Assembly: GCA_028687915.1 (NCBI GenBank)
Contig: JAQTZF010000001.1
Location: 610,634 to 674,633 of the forward strand
Direction of reading: 5' to 3'
DNA from: Candidatus Daviesbacteria bacterium
GTDB taxonomy: Bacteria > Patescibacteriota > Microgenomatia > Daviesbacterales > UBA10151
Length of the DNA stretch: 64,000 bases
Shown: one piece after another, positions 47,257 to 57,944 of the stretch
Position numbering within the stretch: the first letter of the stretch is position 1
How the letters are laid out: each line of letters opens with the position of its first letter
Notes under the pieces: model-generated
Seen by the model: the letters and a program-made list of their open reading frames with translations, nothing else
What the model was told of the DNA's origin: nothing
Databases searched by the model: none
Position numbers and translations under genes: made by a program

Positions 47257-50193
47257 ATGTCTACAGACAAAATCGTAATAAAGGGTGCCAGAGAGCATAA
47301 TCTTAAAAATATTGATCTTGAAATTCCTAAAGGAAAATTAGTGGTTTTAACCGGACTTTCTGGTTCTGGAAAATCTTCTTTGGCCTTTGATACTCTTTAT
47401 GCAGAAGGTCAGCGCAGATACGTAGAATCACTTTCCTCTTATGCCAGGCAATTTTTAGGAGTAATGGATAAGCCTGATGTAGACTATATTGAAGGTTTAT
47501 CTCCAGCAATCTCCATCGATCAAAAAAGCGCTTCTCATAACCCCAGATCCACAGTGGGTACAACAACTGAAATATATGACTATTTAAGGCTTTTATATGC
47601 CAGAATTGGTCATCCACATTGTTCAAATTGTGGAATGGAAGTTTCCCGCATGAGTGTGGAACAAATATTGGAATCAGTTATTAGTAATCAATCATATGAC
47701 ACAAGACAAGGCAGAAGAATTATGATTTTGGCTCCGGTTATTAAAGATAGAAAGGGTGAATATAGCCAGCTTTTTACAGACCTAAAGAAAAAGGGGTTTT
47801 CCAAGGTCAGAGTAGATGGACATGTTAAAGATTTATCAGATGACTTTTTATTAATCAAAACAAATAAACATACAATAGATGCAGTGGTTGATCGTCTAGT
47901 CCTAGATAAGCAGAGCTTGCGAGCTTCTGCAGAAGCTCTTAAAAATTCCGTAAAAGACCAAAATACATTGCTCCGTTTAAGCCAAAGCATTGAAACTGCG
48001 TTAAAGCTTGGAGAAGGATTTGTTATTGTGTCTGATGTTTTAGATGCTTCCCTGGAATTTCCTCCAAATCCTACCAAAATGAAAGATGTTTTGTATTCAG
48101 AAAAGTTTGCCTGTCCTGTTTGTAATATTGCTTTATCAGAGATTGAACCAAGAACATTTTCCTTTAATTCTCCTCATGGAGCTTGCCCAACTTGCACAGG
48201 ATTAGGAATGCTTTTAAAAATAGATCCTGACTCTATTCTTAACCCCATATTAACAATTGCTGAAGGAGGGGTTTTAGCCTGGTCTCACCTTGGGGAAACA
48301 GAAACCTGGTTTAGTAGGTTAATTAAATCAGTTGGGGAAGAATATGGTTTTGATTTAAATACCAGATTAGGTGAATTTAGCCCTGAATCTAAAAAAGTCT
48401 TACTGTATGGAGCAGGTGACCAACAATTTAAAGTAGAAGGTAAAAATAGGGAAGGTAAATGGACTCACTTTAACACCAGCTTTGAAGGTTTGTTAGTAAA
48501 TTTAGAAAGACGCTACCAGGAAACAGAATCAGAATATGTAAAACGTGAAATTGAAAAGTATATGGTTCAGGAAGTTTGTCCTGAATGTCTTGGGGCCAGA
48601 TTAAAAAAAGAAGCACTTTCAATTACCATAAATAATTTTAATATTAGCCAGATGACAGCTCTTCCTATAACAAAGGCTTTGGAATTTGTTGAGGAATTAA
48701 AAGCTCCTCTTTTAAATAATCGTGATTTAACCATTGCTAATTCAATAGTCAAAGAAATTAAAGCCAGGCTACAATTTTTAATTGATGTGGGATTAGATTA
48801 TTTAACATTAGACAGAGCATCAATGACTTTAGCAGGTGGGGAAGCTCAAAGAATTAGATTAGCTTCACAAATTGGCTCAGGTTTATCTGGAGTGTTATAT
48901 GTTTTAGATGAACCTTCAATTGGCTTACACCAAAGAGATAACAGCCGTCTTATTGAAACATTAAAAAGACTTAGAGATTTAGGAAATACTGTAGTTGTGG
49001 TTGAGCATGATGCAGAAACAATGGAAAATGCGGACTTCTTAATTGACTTTGGGCCTGGAGCAGGGGAGCATGGTGGAAATATCGTGGCTCAGGGTACTCC
49101 GGAACAAGTTAAAAGTAACCCAGACTCCTTAACCGGAAAATATTTATCAGGCAAAAAAAAGGTTGGTGTAGATAGCTCTTTGACAAGGCCACAAGTTGAA
49201 GCAGGGGCACTAAAAATAGTTGGGGCTTCTGAACATAACCTAAAAAATATCGATGTAAGATTTCCTTTAGGAAAATTTGTAACTGTAACAGGGGTATCCG
49301 GTTCTGGTAAATCAACATTAGTGCATGATATTTTATATAGATCTTTAGCTTCAAAGTTTTATCATTCCAGAGAAAAGGTTGGAAAACATGAATTAATAGA
49401 AGGTACAGAAAATATTGATAAGGTAGTAATGGTTGACCAGTCTCCAATTGGCAGAACTCCCCGTTCTAATCCTGCAACATATACCGGAGCATTTACCTTT
49501 ATTCGCGAATTATTTGCTAATTCCCCAGAAGCGAAAGTACGGGGATACGGACCAGGCAGGTTTAGCTTTAACGTAAAAGGTGGAAGATGTGAGGTTTGTG
49601 AGGGTGAAGGACAACTTAAAATTGAAATGCAGTTTTTGCCGGATGTTTATGTTGATTGTGAATCCTGTAATGGTAAAAGATATAACAGAGAAGCTCTGGA
49701 GATTACTTTTAAAGAAAAGAATATTGCAGAAGTTTTAGATATGACTGTGGAAGAAGCTTTGATATTTTTTGATAAGATCCCTCAAATAAAAAATAAGTTG
49801 GTAGTTTTAAATGATGTTGGATTAGGTTATATCAGATTGGGTCAGCCAGCCCCAACCTTATCTGGTGGAGAAGCCCAAAGAATAAAATTAAGTTCCGAAC
49901 TTTCTAAAAGACAAACAGGCAGTACTGTTTATATTTTAGATGAGCCTACCACTGGCTTGCATTTTGCAGATATTGAAAGACTGCTTACAATTCTTAGAAA
50001 ACTTGTTAATTTTGGTAATACTGTAATTATTATTGAACATAATTTAGATGTTATTAAAAATACAGACTGGATAATTGATTTAGGTCCGGAAGGTGGAGAA
50101 GGCGGAGGGCAAATTATTGCTCAGGGCTCACCTGCTGAAATTGCTTCCAATAAATCTTCTATAACTGGAAAATATTTGGCTGGTATACTTTAA
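47257..50193 (+). CDS. uvrA: Excinuclease ABC subunit A
   Basis: Two ABC cassettes ([24 protein letters not shown]) and CxxC zinc modules. Confidence 0.98.
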   Translation: MSTDKIVIKGAREHNLKNIDLEIPKGKLVVLTGLSGSGKSSLAFDTLYAEGQRRYVESLSSYARQFLGVMDKPDVDYIEGLSPAISIDQKSASHNPRSTVGTTTEIYDYLRLLYARIGHPHCSNCGMEVSRMSVEQILESVISNQSYDTRQGRRIMILAPVIKDRKGEYSQLFTDLKKKGFSKVRVDGHVKDLSDDFLLIKTNKHTIDAVVDRLVLDKQSLRASAEALKNSVKDQNTLLRLSQSIETALKLGEGFVIVSDVLDASLEFPPNPTKMKDVLYSEKFACPVCNIALSEIEPRTFSFNSPHGACPTCTGLGMLLKIDPDSILNPILTIAEGGVLAWSHLGETETWFSRLIKSVGEEYGFDLNTRLGEFSPESKKVLLYGAGDQQFKVEGKNREGKWTHFNTSFEGLLVNLERRYQETESEYVKREIEKYMVQEVCPECLGARLKKEALSITINNFNISQMTALPITKALEFVEELKAPLLNNRDLTIANSIVKEIKARLQFLIDVGLDYLTLDRASMTLAGGEAQRIRLASQIGSGLSGVLYVLDEPSIGLHQRDNSRLIETLKRLRDLGNTVVVVEHDAETMENADFLIDFGPGAGEHGGNIVAQGTPEQVKSNPDSLTGKYLSGKKKVGVDSSLTRPQVEAGALKIVGASEHNLKNIDVRFPLGKFVTVTGVSGSGKSTLVHDILYRSLASKFYHSREKVGKHELIEGTENIDKVVMVDQSPIGRTPRSNPATYTGAFTFIRELFANSPEAKVRGYGPGRFSFNVKGGRCEVCEGEGQLKIEMQFLPDVYVDCESCNGKRYNREALEITFKEKNIAEVLDMTVEEALIFFDKIPQIKNKLVVLNDVGLGYIRLGQPAPTLSGGEAQRIKLSSELSKRQTGSTVYILDEPTTGLHFADIERLLTILRKLVNFGNTVIIIEHNLDVIKNTDWIIDLGPEGGEGGGQIIAQGSPAEIASNKSSITGKYLAGIL
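47907..47939 (+). repeat. TGCGA-hairpin-TCT element in frame within uvrA
   Basis: TAAGCAGAGCTTGCGA-GCTTCTGCAGAAGC-TCT; first 16 nt match the reverse complement of 6489-6504 at 15/16. Confidence 0.75.
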
Positions 50194-50225
50194 AACAATT
50201 CCAAATTTGTTCTATAATGATTCAA

Positions 50226-52061
50226 ATGGCAAAAAGATTAGTTTTATCAATAGTTCTTTTTTTGATTATCCTAATAATTCCTAAATCAACTTTTGCAGCG
50301 AATGAATTTAAAACTGACTATAATGTGAGCTATGATATCGGGCTGGATGGCGTAACTCAGGTTACAGAAAAAATAACACTTACTAATTTAACAGAAACTT
50401 TTTATGCTTCTACTTTTTTATTAACAATTGGAGCTACTTCTTTAAGTGATGTTTCTGCCATTGATAAGCAGGGTGATATGGGAGCTACAGTAGAAGTTAA
50501 GGATAATAAAAGTGTAGTTAGTTTGAAATTTAATGAGCAAATAACAGGTATAGGAAAGACTCAGGCATTTGTACTGAAATATAGATCTAAAGACTTTGTA
50601 GAAAAAATAGGAAAAAATTGGGAAGTTAATTTACCAAGAATTCATGAGGGAACAGATGTAGAAAGTTATAATTTAAATTTAGCTGTGCCTTTTGCTTTTG
50701 GTGAACCAACAGTTATAGTTCCCAAACCAAAATCAGAGTCAGATGGCTCTGGAAAGTTAACTATAAACTTTACCAAGGAACAGTTAGCAAATAGTGGTGT
50801 CTCAGTAAGATTTGGCAGCACTCAGGTTTTTGATTATAGTTTAAAATATTCTCTAAATAATTCTTCTTTCCTTCCAAATGTTTCTTTTATTACCCTGCCA
50901 ATGGATACAAACTATCAAAATGTTTTAATTTCATCAATTACTCCTCAACCTTTGAATGTAACAATAGATTCTGATGGTAATTACCGGGCCTGGTACCAAG
51001 TTGAAAAACGTTCTACTTTAGAAATAGCAGTGAAAGGACAAGTTGAGTTATTAATAAATCCAAAAAGTAATTTTTCAAAATTACAAAAAAGTGAAATTTC
51101 AAATTTAACTAAGTCTGATAAATTTTGGGAAAAAGATAATCCCAGTATGAAGGCTACTATTGCAGAGATATTTAAAAAAGGGCAACCAAAAACCACCCAA
51201 GAAAAAGCAAAGCTTATTTATGCATATGTAGTTTCAACCTTAAAATTTAATTCAAATAAATCCTCTTCTTTACCAAGATTAGGCGCATTTACTACTTTAT
51301 CCAACATAGATAAGGCTTCAGCAGAAGAATTTACAGATTTATTTATAACTTTGTCCAGGGCTGATGGAATTCCTGCAAGAGAATTAGTAGGCTATGCAAA
51401 TAGCAACAATAAACAATTAAGGCCGCTTTCAGTTATTTCAGATGTACTACACACCTGGCCGGAATATTATGATGAACAGCAGGGGTGGGTAATGATAGAT
51501 CCAACATGGGAACAAACATCCGGCGGAGTAGACTATTTTAGTAAACTAGACTTGAATCATTTTGTGTTAAATATTCGTGGTAATTCTTCAGAGTTACCAG
51601 TCTCTATTACCACTGTGGAAATAAAAGCATCTGAGGGTGAATTTAATATATTAATAAAACCGGATGTGCAAATTGAAATAAATAACAATATTTGGTCAGG
51701 TTTACCAGGAACTGTTACTATAAAGATTTTAAATAGTGGAAATGCTTTAATTCCAACGAACAGTTTAAGCATTAATTCTGATAAAATTAATATTTTAAAT
51801 TCTAAGAATATCTTAATAAGTTCTATACCTCCAGCTGGCTTCACTTCATTCAAAATTAATTTTAGAGCACCTTTTTTAAAACAGTCTGATAAGGATGAAA
51901 TAGTGATTGATTACATGGGTCAAAGATATATTAAAGAAGTTAAGATTGAACCTTTCTTTGTCCTTCAGCTATTTCCATACCTATTTATTTTCCTGACTGT
52001 CTTAGTAGTTGGTCTTTATTCTTTGGTATTAGGAATTCACCACCATAAAAATAAAAAATAG
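50226..52061 (+). CDS. Exported transglutaminase-like protein (catalytic Cys replaced)
   Basis: SAEEFTDLF..L.R..GIPAR, HTWPE, IDPTW; signal peptide and C-terminal TM. Confidence 0.82.
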   Translation: MAKRLVLSIVLFLIILIIPKSTFAANEFKTDYNVSYDIGLDGVTQVTEKITLTNLTETFYASTFLLTIGATSLSDVSAIDKQGDMGATVEVKDNKSVVSLKFNEQITGIGKTQAFVLKYRSKDFVEKIGKNWEVNLPRIHEGTDVESYNLNLAVPFAFGEPTVIVPKPKSESDGSGKLTINFTKEQLANSGVSVRFGSTQVFDYSLKYSLNNSSFLPNVSFITLPMDTNYQNVLISSITPQPLNVTIDSDGNYRAWYQVEKRSTLEIAVKGQVELLINPKSNFSKLQKSEISNLTKSDKFWEKDNPSMKATIAEIFKKGQPKTTQEKAKLIYAYVVSTLKFNSNKSSSLPRLGAFTTLSNIDKASAEEFTDLFITLSRADGIPARELVGYANSNNKQLRPLSVISDVLHTWPEYYDEQQGWVMIDPTWEQTSGGVDYFSKLDLNHFVLNIRGNSSELPVSITTVEIKASEGEFNILIKPDVQIEINNNIWSGLPGTVTIKILNSGNALIPTNSLSINSDKINILNSKNILISSIPPAGFTSFKINFRAPFLKQSDKDEIVIDYMGQRYIKEVKIEPFFVLQLFPYLFIFLTVLVVGLYSLVLGIHHHKNKK

Positions 52062-52085
52062 GTTTTAGTGTATAATAGCGGCGCT

Positions 52086-53357
52086 ATGATCCCAAATTCA
52101 TTCGATCGTTTAAAAATACCGCACAAGCCTGGAATATATATCTATAAAGATAAATCTGGGAATATATTATATGTTGGAAAAGCAATTGATCTTTATCACA
52201 GAGTAGGTTCATATTTTACTGGTAAAAATAAAGATCCTAAAACAGCAAAGTTAGTATCAGAAATTCACTCTTTAGAAACAATTATTGTTGAATCGGAAAT
52301 TGAAGCCTTAATTCTAGAGGCAAATTATATAAAGAGGTACTTACCACCTTTTAATATAAGGCTAACAGATGATAAAGATTACTTATATATAAAGATTACT
52401 AAAGAAGAGTTTCCTCAGATATTAGTTGCCAGGAAACAAGACCTGGGGGATGCAAAAGAATATTTTGGACCATTTCCCTCTGGCAGGACTGTTAGAACTA
52501 CTTTAAAAAAATTAAGAAGATTTTTTCCCTGGTGTTCTATTTCCAATGACCCCTTAAAAACAAAAAGTAAGAGACCTTGTTTTTATTATCACCTGGGTCT
52601 TTGTCCAGGAAGCTGTGCGGATATTGTTGATAAACATGAATACAATAAAATTATCAGACAGTTTTCCAGCTTTATGCAGGGTAAAAAAGAGGAAGTTTTA
52701 GAAGAGTATGAAAAAGAAATGAATGGTTATGTAAAAAGCCTTGAATTTGAAAGGGCTGAACAAATTAAAGTTACTCTTGAAGGACTAAAATATTTACTAC
52801 AGAGTAATAGAACTTCTGTTTATCTGGAGAATCCAAATTTTATTGAAGATCAAACTAAAAAAGCTGTGCAGGAATTAAAAGATGTTTTAAAACTAGATCA
52901 TATTCCCCAAAGAATAGAATGTTACGATATCTCAAACACAATGGGTCAGCAGGCTGTAGGGTCTTTGGTAGTCTTAACTGGCGGAGAAGTTGATAAGAAA
53001 TGGTATCGAAGATTTAAAATAAGGCTTGAGAATAAACCAAATGATGTGATGATGCTAAGAGAAATGGTGCAAAGGCGCTGCAGGCATCATGAATGGCCAA
53101 AACCAGACCTGATCCTTGTTGATGGAGGTAAACCCCAAGTAGGAGCAGTAAGCGAGCAGATAAAGCTTGCAGGATGGAATGTGCCTGTATTTGGTTTAGC
53201 CAAAAGGTTGGAATTGGTAGTAGCAGCAGATTATTCAACAATTAGATTACCCCGGAATTCGCTAGCTTTAAAGATTTTGCAAAGAATTAGAGATGAAGCT
53301 CACCGTTTTGCGATTATCTATCATAGAAAATTAAGAAGTTCCTTTAGTTTCTCTTAA
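52086..53357 (+). CDS. uvrC: Excinuclease ABC subunit C (short form)
   Basis: GIY..YVGKA, RIECYDIS, LVDGG..Q, RDEAHRFA; no C-terminal HhH. Confidence 0.93.
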   Translation: MIPNSFDRLKIPHKPGIYIYKDKSGNILYVGKAIDLYHRVGSYFTGKNKDPKTAKLVSEIHSLETIIVESEIEALILEANYIKRYLPPFNIRLTDDKDYLYIKITKEEFPQILVARKQDLGDAKEYFGPFPSGRTVRTTLKKLRRFFPWCSISNDPLKTKSKRPCFYYHLGLCPGSCADIVDKHEYNKIIRQFSSFMQGKKEEVLEEYEKEMNGYVKSLEFERAEQIKVTLEGLKYLLQSNRTSVYLENPNFIEDQTKKAVQELKDVLKLDHIPQRIECYDISNTMGQQAVGSLVVLTGGEVDKKWYRRFKIRLENKPNDVMMLREMVQRRCRHHEWPKPDLILVDGGKPQVGAVSEQIKLAGWNVPVFGLAKRLELVVAADYSTIRLPRNSLALKILQRIRDEAHRFAIIYHRKLRSSFSFS

Positions 53358-53379
53358 ACGTTGTATAATAAAAAAAGTA

Positions 53380-53781
53380 ATGAAATCTGTCATTAGAAAT
53401 TACTTGATTAATTTGGGTGCTTTGTGGGTTACCACCCAGGTTTTACCAGCTATTAGTATAGTTGGCGGTGCCAAGGGATTATTTATAGGAGCTTTAGCTT
53501 TTATGATAGCAAATATTCTACTGGTACCTTTATTAAAGATCCTGCTTTTACCTCTAAATTTACTAACATTAGGTCTTTTTGCCTGGTTAAGTAATGTTTT
53601 AGCCTTATACTTTTTAGTAAATGTAGTACCATACTTTAGAGTTTCCCCATATAGCTTTAGTGGAATTTATTGGCAGGGGTTTTCTCTTCCAGCTGTGGAT
53701 TTAACAGTTTTTCAGGTTGTTATTATTGCCTCGCTGCTATTGGGTTTTATTATTCATTTTTCAAATTGGTTAGTTAAGTAA
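53380..53781 (+). CDS. YvlD/superfamily-IV holin-like 4-TM membrane protein
   Basis: N....P.LK...LP.N.LTLGLF....N. Confidence 0.82.
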   Translation: MKSVIRNYLINLGALWVTTQVLPAISIVGGAKGLFIGALAFMIANILLVPLLKILLLPLNLLTLGLFAWLSNVLALYFLVNVVPYFRVSPYSFSGIYWQGFSLPAVDLTVFQVVIIASLLLGFIIHFSNWLVK

Positions 53782-53834
53782 CAACCACTTTGATTAATTA
53801 GTTTAAAAAGTGTAGAATTAAATTCGAATTATTT

Positions 53835-54050
53835 ATGAACAATATTATTACTATCATTCAAATGGTTTTAGGGGTTCTCCTTATGGCACTAGTTTTATTA
53901 CAAGCTAAAGGGACTGGTATGGGATCCACTTTTGGCGGTGATATGGGCTTCTACCGAACAAAAAGAGGATTCGAAAAATTAATGTTTAGAGGCACCATTC
54001 TTGTTGTGGCATTATTTATTATTACTTCTTTAATAGAATTAATTAAGTGA
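53835..54050 (+). CDS. secG: Preprotein translocase subunit SecG
   Basis: LVLLQ.KG.G.G..FGG....T.RG.EK. Confidence 0.92.
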   Translation: MNNIITIIQMVLGVLLMALVLLQAKGTGMGSTFGGDMGFYRTKRGFEKLMFRGTILVVALFIITSLIELIK

Positions 54051-55489
54051 ACAATATAAAATTTTTCAGGCTCTATTTGCAAAGACTGCTTCATCGTTAC
54101 GCCCAGAAAATTCTGAGTTCATCCAAGGAAACTGAATTTACCAGCAAGAACTTAATAAGTAAATTTATTTATATTTTCATACTCATGTTTGTTTTGACTT
54201 TAGTCATTTCCATTTTATCTAAAAACCAAACCAACCTTACTTGCCCAATTGTTTCTGAAGGAATTGTAGGTGCCTATAATCGAACGAATTTACCCCCTAG
54301 TGTTACTTCGTTGTTATCCGGTAGCTTATTTGTGTTAGATAAGTCAGGCAGCCCTTCCGCAAGTTTGGTAGATAAGATTGATGTAAACCAGGATAATACA
54401 CTCTTTAATATTACCTTAAAGAATGGTCTGATGTGGAATGATGGTACTGCTGTAAAATCATCCGATATTAAAATAAATTTACCGGATATTGAGGTAACTT
54501 ATCCTAATAATCAAACAATTAGTTTTAAACTGGCTGACAGTTTTTCCCCTTTTTTGGGATTACTTACAACCCCTGTACTTAAACCAAATAGTCTAGTTGG
54601 TTTAGGGAAATATAAAGTTAACTATCAGGAAATTAATAGGGGACATATTTCAAAATTAGTTTTAGAACCAATCAACAAAAACAGTTGCAAAGATAATCCT
54701 CTCGTATCAATACGTTTTTATCAGGATGAGCAGACAATTAAAACAGCTTTTAATTTAGGAGAGATTGATGCTATTTTAGCAATTCAGGATACTAATGATT
54801 TTTCTAAGCAATCGAATGTGACTATTAAAAAAATACAAAATTATAATAAATTAGTTGCAATTTTTTACAATATTAAGGATTCAATTCTAGATAAAAATTA
54901 TCGTAAAGCACTTAATTATTCAGTAAATACGGTTAAAGGAGAGGATGAAGCTGATACGTCTATTCCTACGATATCATGGGCACATAATAATGATTTAAAG
55001 GAAGTGCGTGGTGATATTGCCTCTGCAAAGACATTCTTAGCTAAAGTGGAAACCGGAAAAGATAAACCAGTTGTTATTACAACATCAACATACTTTGAAG
55101 GTCTTGCCCAAAAGGTTGTTGAAGATTGGAAAAAGATTGGTGTTAATGCTGTTATAAGGACAGAGAGTGGTAATCCACAAAATTTTCAGGCTTTATTAAC
55201 AACTGTCTCCATACCACATGATCCTGACCAGTATGCACTTTGGCATTCAACTCAAACAAATACAAATATTTCAAAATATTCTTCACCTAGGGTGGATAAG
55301 GATTTAGAGGATGGGAGAAAAACAACTAATATAGATAACAGAAAAGAAAAATATTTTGACTTTCAAAAAGTTATTCAGGATGATGTACCTGCAACCTTTC
55401 TTTATTTTCCTAAAATTAATATAGTCTATCGTAAGAAAGTTGAAACAAATTTAAATAAGATTTTACCAAGCCAGATAGTACAATTCTAA
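54047..55489 (+). CDS. Family 5 (Opp/Dpp-like) ABC substrate-binding protein
   Basis: W.DG......D, DPD.Y..WHS.Q, N...Y....D..LE.GR, D.PA.FLY. Confidence 0.85.
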   Translation: MNNIKFFRLYLQRLLHRYAQKILSSSKETEFTSKNLISKFIYIFILMFVLTLVISILSKNQTNLTCPIVSEGIVGAYNRTNLPPSVTSLLSGSLFVLDKSGSPSASLVDKIDVNQDNTLFNITLKNGLMWNDGTAVKSSDIKINLPDIEVTYPNNQTISFKLADSFSPFLGLLTTPVLKPNSLVGLGKYKVNYQEINRGHISKLVLEPINKNSCKDNPLVSIRFYQDEQTIKTAFNLGEIDAILAIQDTNDFSKQSNVTIKKIQNYNKLVAIFYNIKDSILDKNYRKALNYSVNTVKGEDEADTSIPTISWAHNNDLKEVRGDIASAKTFLAKVETGKDKPVVITTSTYFEGLAQKVVEDWKKIGVNAVIRTESGNPQNFQALLTTVSIPHDPDQYALWHSTQTNTNISKYSSPRVDKDLEDGRKTTNIDNRKEKYFDFQKVIQDDVPATFLYFPKINIVYRKKVETNLNKILPSQIVQF

Positions 55490-55491
55490 GC

Positions 55492-57267
55492 TTAGTTAGT
55501 TTTGCGGATACGGACGTTTTTTGGCGTAACTTCAACAATCTCATCATCTGCACCAACAATATATTCTAAGGCTCTTTCTAAAGTCATTAGTTCAGGTACA
55601 TTAAAATGTTCTGAAACTCCTTCACCAGCAGACCTGTGATTTGTTTGTTGTTTTTCCTTACAGACATTTATTTTAATATCATCTTCTCTGGCATTTGATC
55701 CAATTACCTGTCCTGCATAAACCTGGGTTGCAGGTCCGATAAACAAGTCTCCTCTTCCTTGTGCTGCCAATAAGCCAAAGAGTTTGGTAACACCACTTTC
55801 AAAAACAACAAGAGAGCCTCTTTCCCTGGAAAAGTTTCCACCTGTGTCTTTGCGATATTCTAAGAAGGCGCTATTAATAATCCCAAGTCCGTGAGTTGCT
55901 GTGATAAATTCACTTCGGTAACCAAAAAGCTCTTTGGTAGCTATTACAAATTCCATTGAAACTATGCCATTTTCGGAATTCATTTGTTGTAATATTCCAT
56001 GTCTAAGCCCCATTTTTTGCATTACAGCTCCTGAATATTCTTCCGGTACTTCAATTGAAACACTTTCAATTGGTGTGTGAATTACTCCATCGATTTCTTT
56101 TTCAATAACCTGAGGACGGGACACTTGAAATTCGTAACCTTCTCGTCTCATTCTTTCGATTAATATAGCTAAATGTAATTCTCCCCGACCGGAAATAATC
56201 CATCCTCCACCTGTGTCTTCTACCTGAAGAGCAACATCTGTTTCCAGTTCTTTATAAAGTCTTTCCTGAATTTGTCTTGAGGTTTTATACACACCTTCAC
56301 GTCCTGCAAAAGGGGAAGCATTTACTGAAACTGTCATTCTAATTGTTGGTTCTTCAATATCCAAAAGCGGTAAGGCTTCCGGGTTTTTTAGATCAGCAAT
56401 TGTTTCTCCGATAGTAATATCCGGAATACCGGCAATTGCACAAATATCTCCTGCCTGGACCTCTGAAGTATCTAATCTTTCTAGGCCTGAAAATGTCATA
56501 AGAGATGTTAAATGACATTTCTTCATTTCACCAGCGCGATTAATCCAGGTTACATCTTGTGCGGCATTTAACTTACCATTGTAAACTCTTCCTACAGCGA
56601 TTCTGCCCTTAAAATTATCGCCAACTGTAGAAGTAATTAACATTTGTAATGGTTTATCAGAAGAACCTGTTGGAGCTGGAATATGTTCTAAAATAGCATC
56701 AAAAATAGGAGTAATATCTTCCATTTTATCCAAATCTGGTTCTAAGCCTGCTTTTGCTAATTTACTTGAACAATAAACAGTAGGGAAATATGCAGTTTCT
56801 TCATCTGCTCCTAGTTCTAGGAATAAATCAAAGGTTTTATTTAATACTTCCTGAATTCGAGCATCAGCTTTATCAATTTTATTTATAACCACAATAACCT
56901 TGTGTTTCATTTCTAAGGCTCTCTTTAAAACAAATCTGGTTTGAGGCATTGGCCCTTCTTTAGCATCGATTAGTAATAAACAACCATCAGCCATTTTTAA
57001 CACTCGTTCTACTTCTCCACCAAAGTCAGCGTGTCCGGGAGTATCAATAATATTAATTTTTATATCTTTCCAGATAATTGAAGCGTTCTTGGAGAAAATA
57101 GTAATTCCTCTTTCTTTTTCTAAATCATTGTTATCCATGATTAAATGGGAGGTTTCTGTAAATTCCTTACCTAATTTAGTAGAAGATTGGCGAAGTAAAG
57201 CATCCACTAAAGTGGTTTTACCGTGATCTACGTGAGCAATGATGGCTACGTTTCTTATGTTATTCAT
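55492..57267 (-). CDS. typA: Translational GTPase TypA/BipA
   Basis: AHVDHGKTT, DTPGHADFGGE, GRGELHL, EVTP...R.RK. Confidence 0.96.
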   Translation of the reverse strand: MNNIRNVAIIAHVDHGKTTLVDALLRQSSTKLGKEFTETSHLIMDNNDLEKERGITIFSKNASIIWKDIKINIIDTPGHADFGGEVERVLKMADGCLLLIDAKEGPMPQTRFVLKRALEMKHKVIVVINKIDKADARIQEVLNKTFDLFLELGADEETAYFPTVYCSSKLAKAGLEPDLDKMEDITPIFDAILEHIPAPTGSSDKPLQMLITSTVGDNFKGRIAVGRVYNGKLNAAQDVTWINRAGEMKKCHLTSLMTFSGLERLDTSEVQAGDICAIAGIPDITIGETIADLKNPEALPLLDIEEPTIRMTVSVNASPFAGREGVYKTSRQIQERLYKELETDVALQVEDTGGGWIISGRGELHLAILIERMRREGYEFQVSRPQVIEKEIDGVIHTPIESVSIEVPEEYSGAVMQKMGLRHGILQQMNSENGIVSMEFVIATKELFGYRSEFITATHGLGIINSAFLEYRKDTGGNFSRERGSLVVFESGVTKLFGLLAAQGRGDLFIGPATQVYAGQVIGSNAREDDIKINVCKEKQQTNHRSAGEGVSEHFNVPELMTLERALEYIVGADDEIVEVTPKNVRIRKTN

Positions 57268-57346
57268 TGGTTTCCTCAAAAATTCGCTTTACGCGATCCT
57301 TAATGATACCATTTTCAGCTTCAAAGTACAAATTACAATTATGATT

Positions 57347-57922
57347 TTACCTAATAAATTGTCTGAAGAAATTAATATAAATTTGGTAAAAAGAATAAAA
57401 TAGATATCCATTTAGTATTAAAAGTGAGGGGAATATTAAGATTTTTTCTAATAATCCACCTGTATTTATTCTAAAAGCTCTTAAAGGTGGAAAGCCAAAA
57501 CGAATTGGAATAGGGAATAACCAAGGTACACCTTCTTGGGTAAGGCTATCCATAATTAAATGGGAAATTAAGCCAATCATAAATGCCCACCAAACAATAT
57601 CCATGTTTACAAGTAGTGTAGCGCTTGCTAGTCCTAACAACCGCTTCATTATGAGCCCAAAAATTATTAAACCTAATATAGAATGGGAAATTAAACGATG
57701 GCCCCGAAATAAGGGGTGAAGGATTCTACCCATAAAAGTTCCTGCAGGAACTTTTTGCCAAAAAGATGAAGTTGCAGTATCAATATCTGGTGCAAGGCCT
57801 CCTATAAAACAAGCACCCAGGGAAACCAAGGCTGTGGATAAACTTATAGGTGGTAAGGCTTGTGTGGTTAAAATTAGATTTACAGCAGTGAACGCTGCAA
57901 GATCATGAGTTCTTCCAGTCAT
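57347..57922 (-). CDS. YdjM-like membrane metal-dependent hydrolase
   Basis: MTGRTH, PDID, HR..SHS, SHL..D..T..G. Confidence 0.88.
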   Translation of the reverse strand: MTGRTHDLAAFTAVNLILTTQALPPISLSTALVSLGACFIGGLAPDIDTATSSFWQKVPAGTFMGRILHPLFRGHRLISHSILGLIIFGLIMKRLLGLASATLLVNMDIVWWAFMIGLISHLIMDSLTQEGVPWLFPIPIRFGFPPLRAFRINTGGLLEKILIFPSLLILNGYLFYSFYQIYINFFRQFIR

Positions 57923-57944
57923 AACCTGAGTTTAACATATATCT

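Noticed and set aside
53380-53781. Holin-like gene as evidence of a prophage
   Set aside because: YvlD-type genes are commonly chromosomal near uvr genes; no phage genes nearby.
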